A stretch of 64,000 bases of DNA from a bacterium (GTDB taxonomy: Bacteria; Auribacterota; Auribacteria; Auribacterales; Auribacteraceae). The notes below the pieces were generated by a model. That model was given only the letters and a program-made list of their open reading frames with translations. It was not told the DNA's origin and made no database searches. Of the stretch, positions 45,401 to 52,800 are shown piece after piece. Both the position numbers and the translations under genes were made by a program. The stretch is from contig JACKPL010000003.1 in NCBI GenBank assembly GCA_024233545.1, positions 64,584 to 128,583 of the forward strand, read 5' to 3'. Each line of letters starts with the position of its first letter. Within the stretch, counting starts at the first letter, position 1.

Positions 45401-48400
45401 GACAACGAATCGCCAGCCATTGCCAATCTTTCCGTGCCCTCAGGTGCGACAACTGGCGATACGGTCGTTGTTTCTTTTGACGTAAACGAATTGTTGGCGG
45501 CGAATCCTGTGGTTACAATAGACGGAAATACTATTGGCGCTCCAACACAGATCAGCAACGGAGGATTAACCTACACCTATGAATACATGGTGAACGGTTC
45601 TGAAAACACAGGATATGTGGAAGTTATTGTAACAGCGCAGGATTTTGTCGGAAATACCAGTCAGGCAAAAACGCATGTTATTTTCGATTTCAACGATCCG
45701 TCTCTCAGCAACAAAGTAATCGATCCTGTAACAATATCTCCTGACGGGGATTTTGTGAATGATGCGGCAAATATTGCGTTCAACATCGTCGATGAAAGTT
45801 CCTATTTTGATGTCACGGTAACCATCCAGAGCGGATTGACTCCTATCCGTCAACTTTGGGATGGGCAAGTTAACGGCAGGTATTTTACGAGAACATGGGA
45901 TGGCAAAGACGATTTCGGCAGTTCTGTGCCGGACGGCATCTATCTCGTTAAAGTTACCGTTACCGACCCTGCAAATAATTTTGTAGAGGAAAATATCGGA
46001 TCGATTACTGTAGATTATACCGCTGACCAACAGCCGTATATTGTGTTTGTCGAAGAAGTTCAGTTTGCTAACGTCGGCAACGGAGTGTTCAGCCTTCCTA
46101 TCTCCTTGATAAATAATGACTTGATTGACGCACACACGCTTACTGTTCTTGATGTAATCAATACGGATATGTCGGTGGATGTACATTTCACTACAAATCC
46201 CGGTGGTGTAACAATACCTGCAATGCTCGATAACGATGTACTGTTATATGTAGATTCATCAAACCCTGATTATGACCGTGTTGATGTCCAGCTGAAACTG
46301 GTTAACGAAATGGCAGACCAAATAGATTACGCAAATCTGAGAATCTACATGAATCCGGTTCCGAAACCTGATTTAGTGGTTACTGCGCAGGATGTAACAT
46401 TTAATCCCGTCAATCCGGGGGCGGGGGTCAATACGACGGTGTCGGTTACTGTTAGAAACGTAGGCAATGAAACAGCTTCGAACATCGTTGTTGCATTATC
46501 CAGTTTCGGTTCGCCAATCGGTTCCGGAACGATAATTATATCATCGTTGGCAGGCGGTGAAGACATAACGATAAATGATACTATTGTTTTTGCATCTGAA
46601 GGGCTGAAACTAGTGAATATCCAAATTGACCCTTCCGATGCGATAGATGAACTCGACGAATTTAATAACGAAGTAAATAAAATCATCCATGTCGGCATAG
46701 TTCCTTTGGTTTCGGGCGGTATTCGCGTTTTGGCGGACGTTCCTCAGCAGTCTTTAGCAAATAGCGTTATAACTGTTTCGGGAAGAGCTGATTATGCCTT
46801 GCTGATAAATGATGTCCCGAATTATGATTATCCTGTAAAAGGAGCGACAATTTATCTCCAAGTAAAAAATACCGACGGCGATGTTCTGCTCAGCCAAACC
46901 GGTTGGTTTACAACAGTTACCGGCGATTTCGATTTGTCATTCAAACTCCCTCCGGATTTCAGCGCCGGAGAATATGCGCTTGTGAGAATTACCGTTACGG
47001 ATCATACATTTGTTGGGGTGACGCAAGTTGCAACCTACATTTATGAATTGCTAACACCCACTGCGCTGGAACCGGATTCGCCTGATGTAGATAATGACGG
47101 AATTATGAATATCAACGACCCTGATATAGACGGTGACGGTATTCCCAATGAAACCGATCCTGATATAGACGGCGACGGTATTCCCAATGAACATGATATT
47201 GTTGTATATGGGCCTATTGCAGGCGATCCCGACAGGGACGGCGACGGCATCCCAAATTATTATGATGATGATATAGACGGTGACGGCATTCCGAACGGAA
47301 GCGACCCAAGCCCATACGGAAGCGGCGGGTTCGGAGGATACGGGACCGGATATGGCGGCGGTTTTGGAAGCGGTAGCGGTAGCGGATACGGCGGTGGGTT
47401 TTCCGGAAGCGGCGGGTTCGGCGGATTCGGCGGCGGAAACGGTTTTGGCGGCGGCGGAGCAGGGTTCAGTATACCTCAGGGCGGGAAAGTCGTTACCGGT
47501 ACTGGTGAGAGTTCCGGAGGGTATTCCGGCGATCCTATAACAGTCACCCCGTCTCTTTATGATGCCTATGTACATTCAAGAGATATTGCATTCAGCAACG
47601 AAAATCCGCAAGTTGGCGAGGAAATAACAATCAGTACTGTTGTGTGGGCGGAAGGGTATGGATACAAAGATCTCATTCCCGTTTCGTTCTACGAAATATA
47701 CCCGACGTACAGCGAAACGCGCATTGGCTTTGAACACTATATTTCACGGTTGTATGCCGGAGCAAATAAATCTCTCGCGACATCATGGACAAACTTTGCT
47801 GAAGGCGTATACATTATTGAAGTTCGGATGGATCAAACATATACCGATGCATGCAATGAAAATAACGAAGCGTCACGGGCAATTATAGTCGGCGAACTCA
47901 ATCAACTGCTTGATGTAATCATCAATCTGCCGGTTGACGGTATGACGTATCATTGTATGCGGGATGTGATAACGATAAAATTCGAAGTGCTGAACGGATT
48001 TACAAAGCTTGCGCCGCAAGACCTCGATACTCTTGTCCTTAAATTCAGCGATTCCATGGCGTTGGTTTCGGATATTATTGTGGTGCAGGGAGGAATATTG
48101 AAGGCAGGAACGTTTAATCCCTCTAATTATGTATATACAGTATCTATTCAGGCGCCTGTTCCGTTGACCGCACCGATCGGCAATCTTTATCCGGGAACGA
48201 TAGAGGCTATTGCTCAGGTGGTTGATAATGATACGGTTCTTAACGGTTCGGACAGTGTCGGCATCAATCTTACGGCAGGTGCGGTTCCTCCCGGTTCAAT
48301 TGATGTATTTGCAACAAGTTATGCTGTTCAAATTACATGGCCTGAAGAAACAGGTATCACTGAATATAATGTATACCGCAATGATTCGACACTTGCTACG

Positions 48401-48568
48401 GTCGAAGAAACGCAGTTCCAAGGGACATTCACCTTCATTGATTATTATGTGACGATGCTCCAAACCTATGAGTATTTCTGTACTTCTATCGATACCATGA
48501 CTGGCAAAGAAGGAATCATTTCGTCTCCCATTATCAATAAAACGGTTCCGGTAAGGAGGAGACGATAA
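33440..48568 (+). CDS. giant (~5,040 aa) secreted/surface protein: eight glycine-rich beta-helix-like modules plus an Ig-like, IPT, FlgD-Ig-like, CARDB, TSP3-like and Fn3-like tail
   Basis: Uninterrupted 15.1-kb ORF. ATG 33440 is preceded by AGGAG (33431-33435); the track start 33353 is less likely. Signal peptide SVYCLSFFLLLILSASSVFP. Domain motifs are listed under the findings. Confidence 0.9.
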   Translation: MMNTVGGTRGGYPPIVKSVYCLSFFLLLILSASSVFPIDLSVTGTTTSIDSVRSQVQGTNTAGTSSVSVANGSLFTVGAQVFIITMQGSSIGEYEFNTIAGISSNTLNLQNVLSHTYGTSAQVIQVTEYGTVTVSNSGILTCSDWDGSTGGVLVIKASGVVVDSTSFIDTSAKGFLSTTGTGAGTSATSSNGAGGGAYGGDGGDGYSGYAGGTGYGLIHQPACMGSAGGRNTTYSNNGGDGGGIVFIEASGTVTVNGVIRSNGQNSPNSHSYNGGAGAGGSIFISAASITGTNGASYMEASGGSNNSTSYRGGGGGGGRIAIHCAAGSYSYSGELKAFGGSGYNGFYGGAGTIYTKKGTDENIDIVNIDYNCDYTQLAHDGTDISVNVMYVEWARLNYVNFEGCTILDVRNSDLTLNPSSDAEFDTVVFAVDLSGTRTLALAQNVTVNTVTVAGLNESNHANLTLSGGTNITDKINLNGYTSLTNSTDMAVPVKIYLSNNDNDITNNAGNHLRFANFELGNNSNCTNNGTIEVLNDLISVPNGSIIQGSGSFYDNDNNLIVYSGGTYVSQTADAEYFNNIEFQSGATVYHLGNSTAESYKLHFVCSGNFTIQDGVTIDLTGKGYRYASGPGAGNDALYYSGCVYNHYSYNYYYNGGGGAAHGGNGSDAYQLSGNYGKGGDQYGDISNPVNIGSGGGNGKYTYLGYAYYACYSVTTYQGGYGGGAFIADIAGTFTLNGTIKVNGTNGTSGSGNASGGGGAGGSVNISCNDFIGTNVSASIEANGGSRYSGQYGGGGAGGRISIKADSSYSFAGSLSSYGGNGKGTSSSSSYTVYGGAGTIYVKNGSQDSLTVKNAITQTDFITSDLTTINDSEILQDGTVLDLQGVNVDMTVGMSVNTVSIIDSQVNAATASDITINTVTVSTPSTRNSTFHLGSVTGNVSITTMNVTGYNASYRGQSTVPENSILMYLELNGYTTIYNYGTIATAVLNNTDNDIYNYSSGSIGFPVLIITNGSTFFNAGIFAVGDNNLTVESGGTFQSQTAAPMTFNTVWIKNGATVTQSASTASNEYKIYFICTDFTLEQGATINASFKGYPNTQGPGKGMSTSSSSYGAAGGSYGGNGSNGYNVEVECEGYGLITDPVYVGSGGGDNTYSSLSRGGYGGGAVILEVANTAVINGYIYVNGEPASSGGTSRHGGGGSGGAVNIEAANISLGSTARLEAKGGSRYSSYNGGGGGGGRIALKASSSMTIDPSSVVEYYGGQGYNSIYGGAGTYYTKLGSVEKLFIQGTNQNRAQTIIDDTAEPINLTLLSLNQATVDLLSLTGCTELQVVNTDLMFLPTNAITIDTVAISLVSSALNNRRSTFGALVDMANVTVQGYNASRHAELELVNGADITASLQTNGYTTVYNNTSINLPATFTMSGTDNDIYNYSSGIIILPTFVVSANSYVQDFGTITPVDTNLTINSGGIYDIAKNATLTYTNVIVSGTLTHTQDTANNCDIDIICTGNLTVSGTIDASGRGYVQDDGAGKGTSTSNSSYGGGGAGHGGRGSEAYSAISGGSQYGVIKHPVTYGSGGGSNTYYNYLGGSGGGRVKLVVAGTATVQGTIKTNGISAPNGGSSRSGGGGSGGSIWIDTSVLTGTGSIQSNGGDNYSSSSYYGGGGAGGRIAIYTSSSNSFNDSQYIASGGRGYNNFYGAAGTIYVNNNAVESLIVKNSSTSQRELTVIENDNETPSDLEIFKIQNANIQIDKLATVSMMDVDDSDVNLNLSAACSINQLDFVVGVAVSNRTLTVPAMADIVSLMFDGHNSSYRAIVTLADGVDITNSITLNGYTTLHNYTVINLPYGFHMNNTDNIIYNYGTGHITFASLIISGTAIHNDGTIVSQDKTITINSGSTFYVNSQMPLPDYDLIVNSGGTYFCQTAVPIQFRHVTVNTGGIMTHDSNTNTPAYKLAFDCSGNFTLNTGGLIDVNGKGYTYDQGPGKGTQPTNSSYGGGGAGYGGDGSDAYNNTVSAGQGGSAFGQLNNSTELGSGGGSTYNGTYGNGSAGGGAVILDIAGTLTLDGTIRANAADVTSGSSSRCGGGGAGGSVHMQASVITGTNTSAIIESKGGKRYSSYYGGGGAGGRIALICTTYSYSGDFNAAGGQGYYKNGGTGTVYIEDSAVKHVKVIGSLPSSSSIPEYELTPIKDNDSVPSIVATYEIDSANVEINKLQTCETMTLIDADVNINTSSTCTINTATHTVHNNTYKHRRITCQPNTVIKDFTAQGTVTSYHAELELINGSSIKDHLATNGYTTLYNYTTITLPSAPNDFSRSGTDNDIYNYETGNITLPTLVVTQYSYIQDFGVITPVDTDLTIDNGGTYDIAKNAALTFTDVIVNGTLTHTQNTTSGYKIKLVVTNGCTVGATGLIDAVGKGYGSEQGPGAGANQNVSNSSYAGGGGAYGGWGGKSYNNLANTNPPYGSLTNPVDYGSGGGRNTYYSFPAGSGGGIVDITVAGSLTVSGTIRCDGSNSDQKGGGGSGGSIKLVTNILTGTSTGMIASNGGNKYTYGGGGSGGRIAVYCNSNSYAGQFQASGGDGYNHSTNRYGGAGTVYIDANGSKTIQVKNTYSGYKAPTIIDNDAAIPATVENYIIENADLTVKKLTGCTSMSVKDSIIVFDNIGVANITNMTVQGSNTSYGKSVVTIPASMSITNQMILNGYSLLNNYGQINLLQLNNNYNDVYNYTGAVAAAPTLDLHQYSNFANYGAFSIQDGNLVIGNASTYTVTDKTQLTFNNVTIQSGGILTHLPNTNQELYKVNIYCTGNFDIQSGGKIDVSAKGYSASEGPGAGSDISTSSYGGGGASYGGLGSQGYSNVAAGVSYGSISNPTDLGSGGGTNTYQNYQGGAGGGAVILDVDGTFTINGYIYADGGTPSTLTTYNGGGGSGGSVNITATTLNGSGYIYAKGAYNGSTGYYGGGGGGGRIAISCAANNHSYPDRFQAYGNYGRSTGTYYRGGAGTVYIKVGGNEQLRIVNDSNYYQAPTPLEVPLNIDMLWLDRAVVILDNEGMAFDTVSVLNSQLTIDTVGNTSISDLNITQNTTQYNSYHTTLGENVTVQNATTYSTSTSYYAYFTLEEGAAVANNLTMGGNSYVYNHGSIGGLTRTAGRTYNLLYNYDTSTITAANLNLNSYDYFLYDGTVTVVDASLMDLQSYSTLEFASTSQLVIDSVRVRGNALITHTANDNSIESMVNILCSGDFQIDQNGKVDVTAKGYAAGNGPGQGTDAETGFSNTGGGGGAYGGNGGHPYRFANEGGERGIAYDNDSVKNPLNFGSGGGAGYRTATPYYGGAGGGLIKLNIGGALKLDRNSYILADGASATTGSSSTCGGGGAGGGINITTATLSFIGTSGQAYIEADGGNRYSSFYGGGGGGGRIHIGYQAFPAPASFSIHATKGTGYYTDAANGPANGTVDIAADPAGTITVLASPSTLHANSNEVSHITAGPVRDFVGQTVGDGTEITIGATNGTILNAADINLIEPGIQLYTVSGYVYFDLKATIGTQAGTITVSADSVVGSAAGETMVSVVVGNPTGTITLTPTPAQITADGSTTAIITSNALHDEFGNTIPAGQYVTVSTNRGTITTPDATGTIAGKQVAVLADGTISFVIQSSTNAGNALISADSHLGDAYGEVTVSMIPGELDKLIVLMPGESYSKPAGSGKTGVPSNRTAGSSYIVTIMAVDEYNNIITSNTDTVELISNQEFSNVSPSQQTFNGISGQMTFSVTEYIADSGVMLTVNNISNSAFNTTSSAYTIGNAVPAKLQILMPGETLYSGSPTGKTGTAVHQRAGQPFNIYINMVDAFFNIVQGRNDTVTLTSNGPNAVLPAVQLVNGTDYVTVTENDLSGGLTRQLSASVTDPQISDAQSVLFGVFNSIPSIVSVVPNESRPGITKILTVSGTEFSNGATVEFIGGGIDVNDVTFVGNSELTVTVYVQPSAAVGYRDVRIINPDMADDVGSAMFRVWDNESPAIANLSVPSGATTGDTVVVSFDVNELLAANPVVTIDGNTIGAPTQISNGGLTYTYEYMVNGSENTGYVEVIVTAQDFVGNTSQAKTHVIFDFNDPSLSNKVIDPVTISPDGDFVNDAANIAFNIVDESSYFDVTVTIQSGLTPIRQLWDGQVNGRYFTRTWDGKDDFGSSVPDGIYLVKVTVTDPANNFVEENIGSITVDYTADQQPYIVFVEEVQFANVGNGVFSLPISLINNDLIDAHTLTVLDVINTDMSVDVHFTTNPGGVTIPAMLDNDVLLYVDSSNPDYDRVDVQLKLVNEMADQIDYANLRIYMNPVPKPDLVVTAQDVTFNPVNPGAGVNTTVSVTVRNVGNETASNIVVALSSFGSPIGSGTIIISSLAGGEDITINDTIVFASEGLKLVNIQIDPSDAIDELDEFNNEVNKIIHVGIVPLVSGGIRVLADVPQQSLANSVITVSGRADYALLINDVPNYDYPVKGATIYLQVKNTDGDVLLSQTGWFTTVTGDFDLSFKLPPDFSAGEYALVRITVTDHTFVGVTQVATYIYELLTPTALEPDSPDVDNDGIMNINDPDIDGDGIPNETDPDIDGDGIPNEHDIVVYGPIAGDPDRDGDGIPNYYDDDIDGDGIPNGSDPSPYGSGGFGGYGTGYGGGFGSGSGSGYGGGFSGSGGFGGFGGGNGFGGGGAGFSIPQGGKVVTGTGESSGGYSGDPITVTPSLYDAYVHSRDIAFSNENPQVGEEITISTVVWAEGYGYKDLIPVSFYEIYPTYSETRIGFEHYISRLYAGANKSLATSWTNFAEGVYIIEVRMDQTYTDACNENNEASRAIIVGELNQLLDVIINLPVDGMTYHCMRDVITIKFEVLNGFTKLAPQDLDTLVLKFSDSMALVSDIIVVQGGILKAGTFNPSNYVYTVSIQAPVPLTAPIGNLYPGTIEAIAQVVDNDTVLNGSDSVGINLTAGAVPPGSIDVFATSYAVQITWPEETGITEYNVYRNDSTLATVEETQFQGTFTFIDYYVTMLQTYEYFCTSIDTMTGKEGIISSPIINKTVPVRRRR
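33560..43770 (+). repeat. array of eight divergent ~1.2-1.44-kb coding modules inside the giant gene
   Basis: The GGGG(A/G/S)GGRI(A/S/H) motif recurs at nt ~34391, 35831, 37144, 38425, 39793, 41083, 42296 and 43638. Each copy has the same ordered flanking motifs (..C.G.F....G..ID..GKGY...GPG.G; GGGGAGGS(V/I); GGAGT(I/V)Y). Confidence 0.85.
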
Positions 48569-49656
48569 TGAATACATTATACCCCAAATATAAAACACCT
48601 GCACTTATTGAAACATATAAACAAAGGAGCATGAAACAAATGGATGGCAGAGGAGAAAAATATATCCTATTAAACATAGGGCTGTTTGCCATATGTTTTA
48701 TGATGATGTATTCAAATGCACATGCCGCGCCGGTTATGGAAGCAACGTTTGGTTCGAAAGGTGAATCGGGTATTTGGTTTGACCCGAGTTATAATGTGAT
48801 GTCGCCTCTTGCTCAAAAATCAACACCGGGTGTAAACTTTGCCGGTGCCGGCGGCATCAATGCAGAGCTTGCACAGGTGCATGAATTTGATGCGGCGGTT
48901 TCAACAACCGAAACCGGCGGCGCAGGATATTTCCTGACTGAAAGCGCGTTTGGTTCGGTTGTGCCGCTTACTGTTACGCCGACGTATACCGATGTCTCAC
49001 CTGCGCAAACCGGATTAACCTACATTATTCAGCATTATCTTATAGAGAACCTTACTGCGGCATCTGTTAATGATATATGGTTTATGAGTTATCTGAATGC
49101 CGATTTGTTTAGGGCAAACAACCTTGTTCCGGCGCAAAGAGTAGGGTTGCTCAACGATGAAAAAGTTACTGCCTCAACGCTGGCAGGCAGTGCGGCAGAT
49201 AACCTTATCTTTCGACAATATCAAAACGATGGAACCGAAATTTATTTTCATGGGATGCTTTACAGAAACGGTGTTCTGGCAGGCGCTGACAGCTTTTTGG
49301 TTGAGGGGCCGGGCACGCCGAGCGGCGGTGGCGATGCGCTGTATGATGAAATATATTATAATGGCGCTGTCAATTTTAGCAGTGCTCAAACACTTTATGC
49401 GTCCGGAGTGCCTATCGAATACTCAATACAAGCAGAATATGCTCAATCTATCGGATTTGATATCGGGACGCTTTTACCCGGGGAAGTGGTTGAGGTTGCA
49501 ATTGCGCTTTCAACGGAATATGGGTTATTTGTTCAGGATTTTTTCTATAACAGATACCTTGAAACATTTGTAATACCTGAACCATTGTCGGTTTTCATGC
49601 TTTTTAGTGCGGTGATAGGATTATTTGTGAAAAAATCCAAAAAATTACCGAAATAA
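48568..49656 (+). CDS. PEP-CTERM sorting-domain protein (362 aa), translationally coupled to the giant gene
   Basis: ATG 48568-48570 overlaps the giant-gene TAA (48566-48568), with AGGAGG at 48554-48559. Hydrophobic signal segment YILLNIGLFAICFMMMYSNAHA. C-terminus reads ..FVIPEPLSVFMLFSAVIGLFVKKSKKLPK. Alternative internal starts are at 48631 and 48640. Confidence 0.85.
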   Translation: MNTLYPKYKTPALIETYKQRSMKQMDGRGEKYILLNIGLFAICFMMMYSNAHAAPVMEATFGSKGESGIWFDPSYNVMSPLAQKSTPGVNFAGAGGINAELAQVHEFDAAVSTTETGGAGYFLTESAFGSVVPLTVTPTYTDVSPAQTGLTYIIQHYLIENLTAASVNDIWFMSYLNADLFRANNLVPAQRVGLLNDEKVTASTLAGSAADNLIFRQYQNDGTEIYFHGMLYRNGVLAGADSFLVEGPGTPSGGGDALYDEIYYNGAVNFSSAQTLYASGVPIEYSIQAEYAQSIGFDIGTLLPGEVVEVAIALSTEYGLFVQDFFYNRYLETFVIPEPLSVFMLFSAVIGLFVKKSKKLPK

Positions 49657-49720
49657 TAAGTGGCGAAATTCATTATAATGATAGATGGAATATGACGGAA
49701 AGTTAAATAGAGAAAATTCA

Positions 49721-49747
49721 AAGGCATGATACCGGTCTGCCTTTTTT
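49721..49747 (+). terminator. probable rho-independent terminator after the PEP-CTERM gene
   Basis: AAGGCA (49721-49726) pairs with TGCCTT (49738-49743) around an 11-nt loop that has 2 extra internal pairs, followed by a T-run. The stem is moderate. Confidence 0.5.
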
Positions 49748-49814
49748 ATCTTTTATTCGTTTTTTGTGTAATCTGATACTTTTTAACCATGCAAAATCTG
49801 TTTGGTGAGCGCAT

Positions 49815-52800
49815 ATGGATGTAATGAACCGTCGTATAGTTTTGATAATACTGTATATACTCCTGAATGTGCAGGCCAGCTTTGCGGCGCTTACTAACGG
49901 CTCAATCAGCGGTAAGGTTACAGTTGCCGGATATAATGAGGGAGTTGCCGGATTTGCCATTGAGGCAGTTACCGGCAGTGAAGCAGTACTAATATCGGCC
50001 ATAACCAATGCTGACGGTTCATATACTTTGTCTGGTATAACAGCATCTCAGGTGTATGTTCGTGTTCCGGCCCAGTCCGGCTATGAAAAACGGTTCTATA
50101 ATGGTGCATCGACAGTGGCTTTGGCAACCGCTATTTCTCAGAGTTCCGCATCAATTGATATTCAGCTTGAAGAATCAATCGCACAGCCTGATTCCGATTC
50201 TGATGGCATCAAAGACGCCGAAGAAGTAATACTCGGCTTGGATGGATTTCGCACCAATCCTGCCGACAATGATTCGGATAACGATTTCTTATCCGATTCC
50301 GAAGAAGTAACGCTTGGCGCAGACGGATTTTTCACCGACCCGAATCGCGCCGACACCGATAACGATGGTTTTTCGGACAATGCCGACGCAATTCCCGTTC
50401 CGGCATATGTGTTTCTCTCTGTTGCCGATGGGGTACTGGCAAACGAAAGCGCCGCTGTATCGGCAGAGGTTCGCGATTTGTATCATAACCTCATTGTGAA
50501 GGATGGAATCCAATTTACCCTGCATTGTACTGGAGCGGCGGTATTTGCTATGTCTGCCAATACGGGGATTCTAATAAGCGGCGGCGGCACTCAATCCGTT
50601 GTCATGCAGACTATCGGAGGAGTAGCGAGCATTGACGTTTCAAGTGCAGTGATTGAGAATGTGGATATATCAGCAACGGATAACTCTGGATTGAACCTTA
50701 TGGTCTTTTCACGAACCGCGCCGTTTCAGACTGCACAGTTCCCCATATCCGAAATGATGGGGGATATACACGATACCGGCATTCAGTTTATCGATTTTTT
50801 TTCTCAAGGCATACCGATAGGTTTTACGTTTTATCATTTCGGAATTCCGCATTCTACGATAAACATCCATTCAAACGGATTTCTTACTTTCGAGACCTAT
50901 CAAGGCATACCGACAGAACCGTTTTTCGCAGAATTGTATACAAACGACCCTATTCCGAACGTATCTATCCCCAACGATTTTATTGCGCCATATTGGGATG
51001 ACCTCGATATCGAATCACATGGGACGGGAAGCATAAAGTATGTCAACCGCATAACCGCGGCCGGCGAAGTATTCCGTGTGCGCTGGAAAGACCATGCGAT
51101 TTACGATTCGCGCGAGGCGGTTAACTCACTCCTGACATTTAATGTTCAACTCTATAAAGCAAGCGGTTTGATTGAATTTTCCTACGAAACATTGCAGAAC
51201 GGAACGTCACGCATGGCAAATGGAAGCAGTGCAACAATTGGAGCAGAAAACAGCTCAGGTTCGGGAGGATTGGTTTTTTCATATAATACCGCTTCGGTCA
51301 CTGAGGGGCTTACCATACTGTTTTCAACTCATTTCCCTATTGCGTATTTTCTCTCCGCATCGGGCGATTTTGATAATGACGGACTAACTAATCAAGAAGA
51401 GAGAACGCAATCGTTTACCAGCCCGTTGAGCCCCGATACGGATGGCGATACGTTGCCCGATAAATGGGAGTACGATTATGGTTTGAACCCGAACTCCAAC
51501 GCAGGTGAAAATGGTGCAGACGGTGATTTTGATAACGATGGTTTGAGCAACATAGAAGAATTATCATTGCAAACAATCCCCAATGACAATGATTCCGACA
51601 ATGACGGTTTGGCAGATGGCGATGAAGTATACGAATATATGACCTCTCCTTTGCTTACTGATACGGATAACGATACTCTAGCTGACGGTGAAGAAATTAC
51701 CTTCGGTGCAGATGGGTTTCGTACCGATCCATTGCTTGTCGATAGTGACGAAGACGGTGTTTCGGATGCGGTGGATACTATACCGGTTTTTGCGCGGTTA
51801 ATAATAAAAGAACCGTCAGATGTGCTTGTCGGCAACCCCGAACCTGATGCCGTCCGGTTTCAATTATGGTCGATGGAAGGGGATTTGCTTGAACCTGTAA
51901 ATGATTTTATATTTACCGCTCAGGTGTCCGGATCGGCTTTTTTTGTACCAAACCCTCTGAAGGGGACGCTTCTCAGCGGAGCAGGAACAAACACTGTTTC
52001 TATTCAGCTTGAAAATGGGGAAGCGCATGTGCGTGTGAGAGATTTTACTGCGGAGAAAGTCTTTTTTACTGCCGCTGACCCCTTTTCTTCAGGCGTGAGA
52101 ATGCCGATGCAGTCTGCTGGATTTGACGTTATCCCCAATAATTTTATCGATATTGCACAACTGCCGAACCGGCTTGCGTTGGTTGGCGATGATGCGGCAG
52201 TCAACATTACGTTGCCGTCAGGGTTTTTCCTACGCTTTTTTGATTCGCTGTATTCCAGCGCTATACCTATGAAGGCCAGTACAAATGGATATGTGACATT
52301 CGGCAGTTTCGGTTCGGCTCTTTCTAACAAACCCATACCGTTTCATGGTTCGAATGATCCGGATGCATTCATTGCGCCGTTTTGGGATGACTTGATAGTA
52401 TCTGCGGGATCAGTCTATGCCGTATCGATCGGTTCAGCGCCGTCGCGCAGATTTATTATCCAGTGGAATAATGTTGCTTTAGCGGTATCTCCTTCAGTAT
52501 CGTTGACATTCCAAATAATTTTTTATGAACAGGACTCGCTCATCGAGTTTCACTATGGGGCCATGGGAAATTTAGGAACGTCAGCAACAATCGGTATTGA
52601 AAACGAAACAGGAACAGCGGGTGTTTCAATCGGATACAATACATCGGTTTTAGCGTCGTTTACGGGATATGCTCTTTTTGACGGAGATGTTCCTGCGATG
52701 TCGTTCATCAACGGCGATTATGACGGTGACCAGTTAAGCGATATCGATGAACTCGATAATTATGGCACCGATCCGGCAGTAAGGGATTCCGATAATGACG

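Noticed and set aside
47120-47191. 33-nt near-identical direct repeats considered as a mobile-element end or att site
   Set aside because: They are in-frame codons for the repeated DPDIDGDGIPNE calcium-binding unit. No integrase or transposase is present anywhere in the window.
33496-47575. Many antisense and alternative-frame ORFs of 60-206 aa inside the giant gene (for example 45566..46186, 47051..47575, 43990..44421, 42029..42439)
   Set aside because: They are by-products of GGN/GCN-rich repeats and the long sense ORF, which leave few stops on the opposite strand. Their sequences are low-complexity Pro/Ala/Arg-rich, they lack ribosome-binding sites, and they lie wholly within a strongly supported 15-kb CDS.
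48631-48642. Internal start (ATG 48631 or 48640) for the PEP-CTERM gene instead of 48568
   Set aside because: This is not fully excluded, since it would give a shorter and more typical signal peptide. However, AAGGAG is only 1 nt from ATG 48631, whereas ATG 48568 has an ideal AGGAGG at 8-nt spacing and overlaps the upstream stop. I therefore kept 48568 and flagged the ambiguity.
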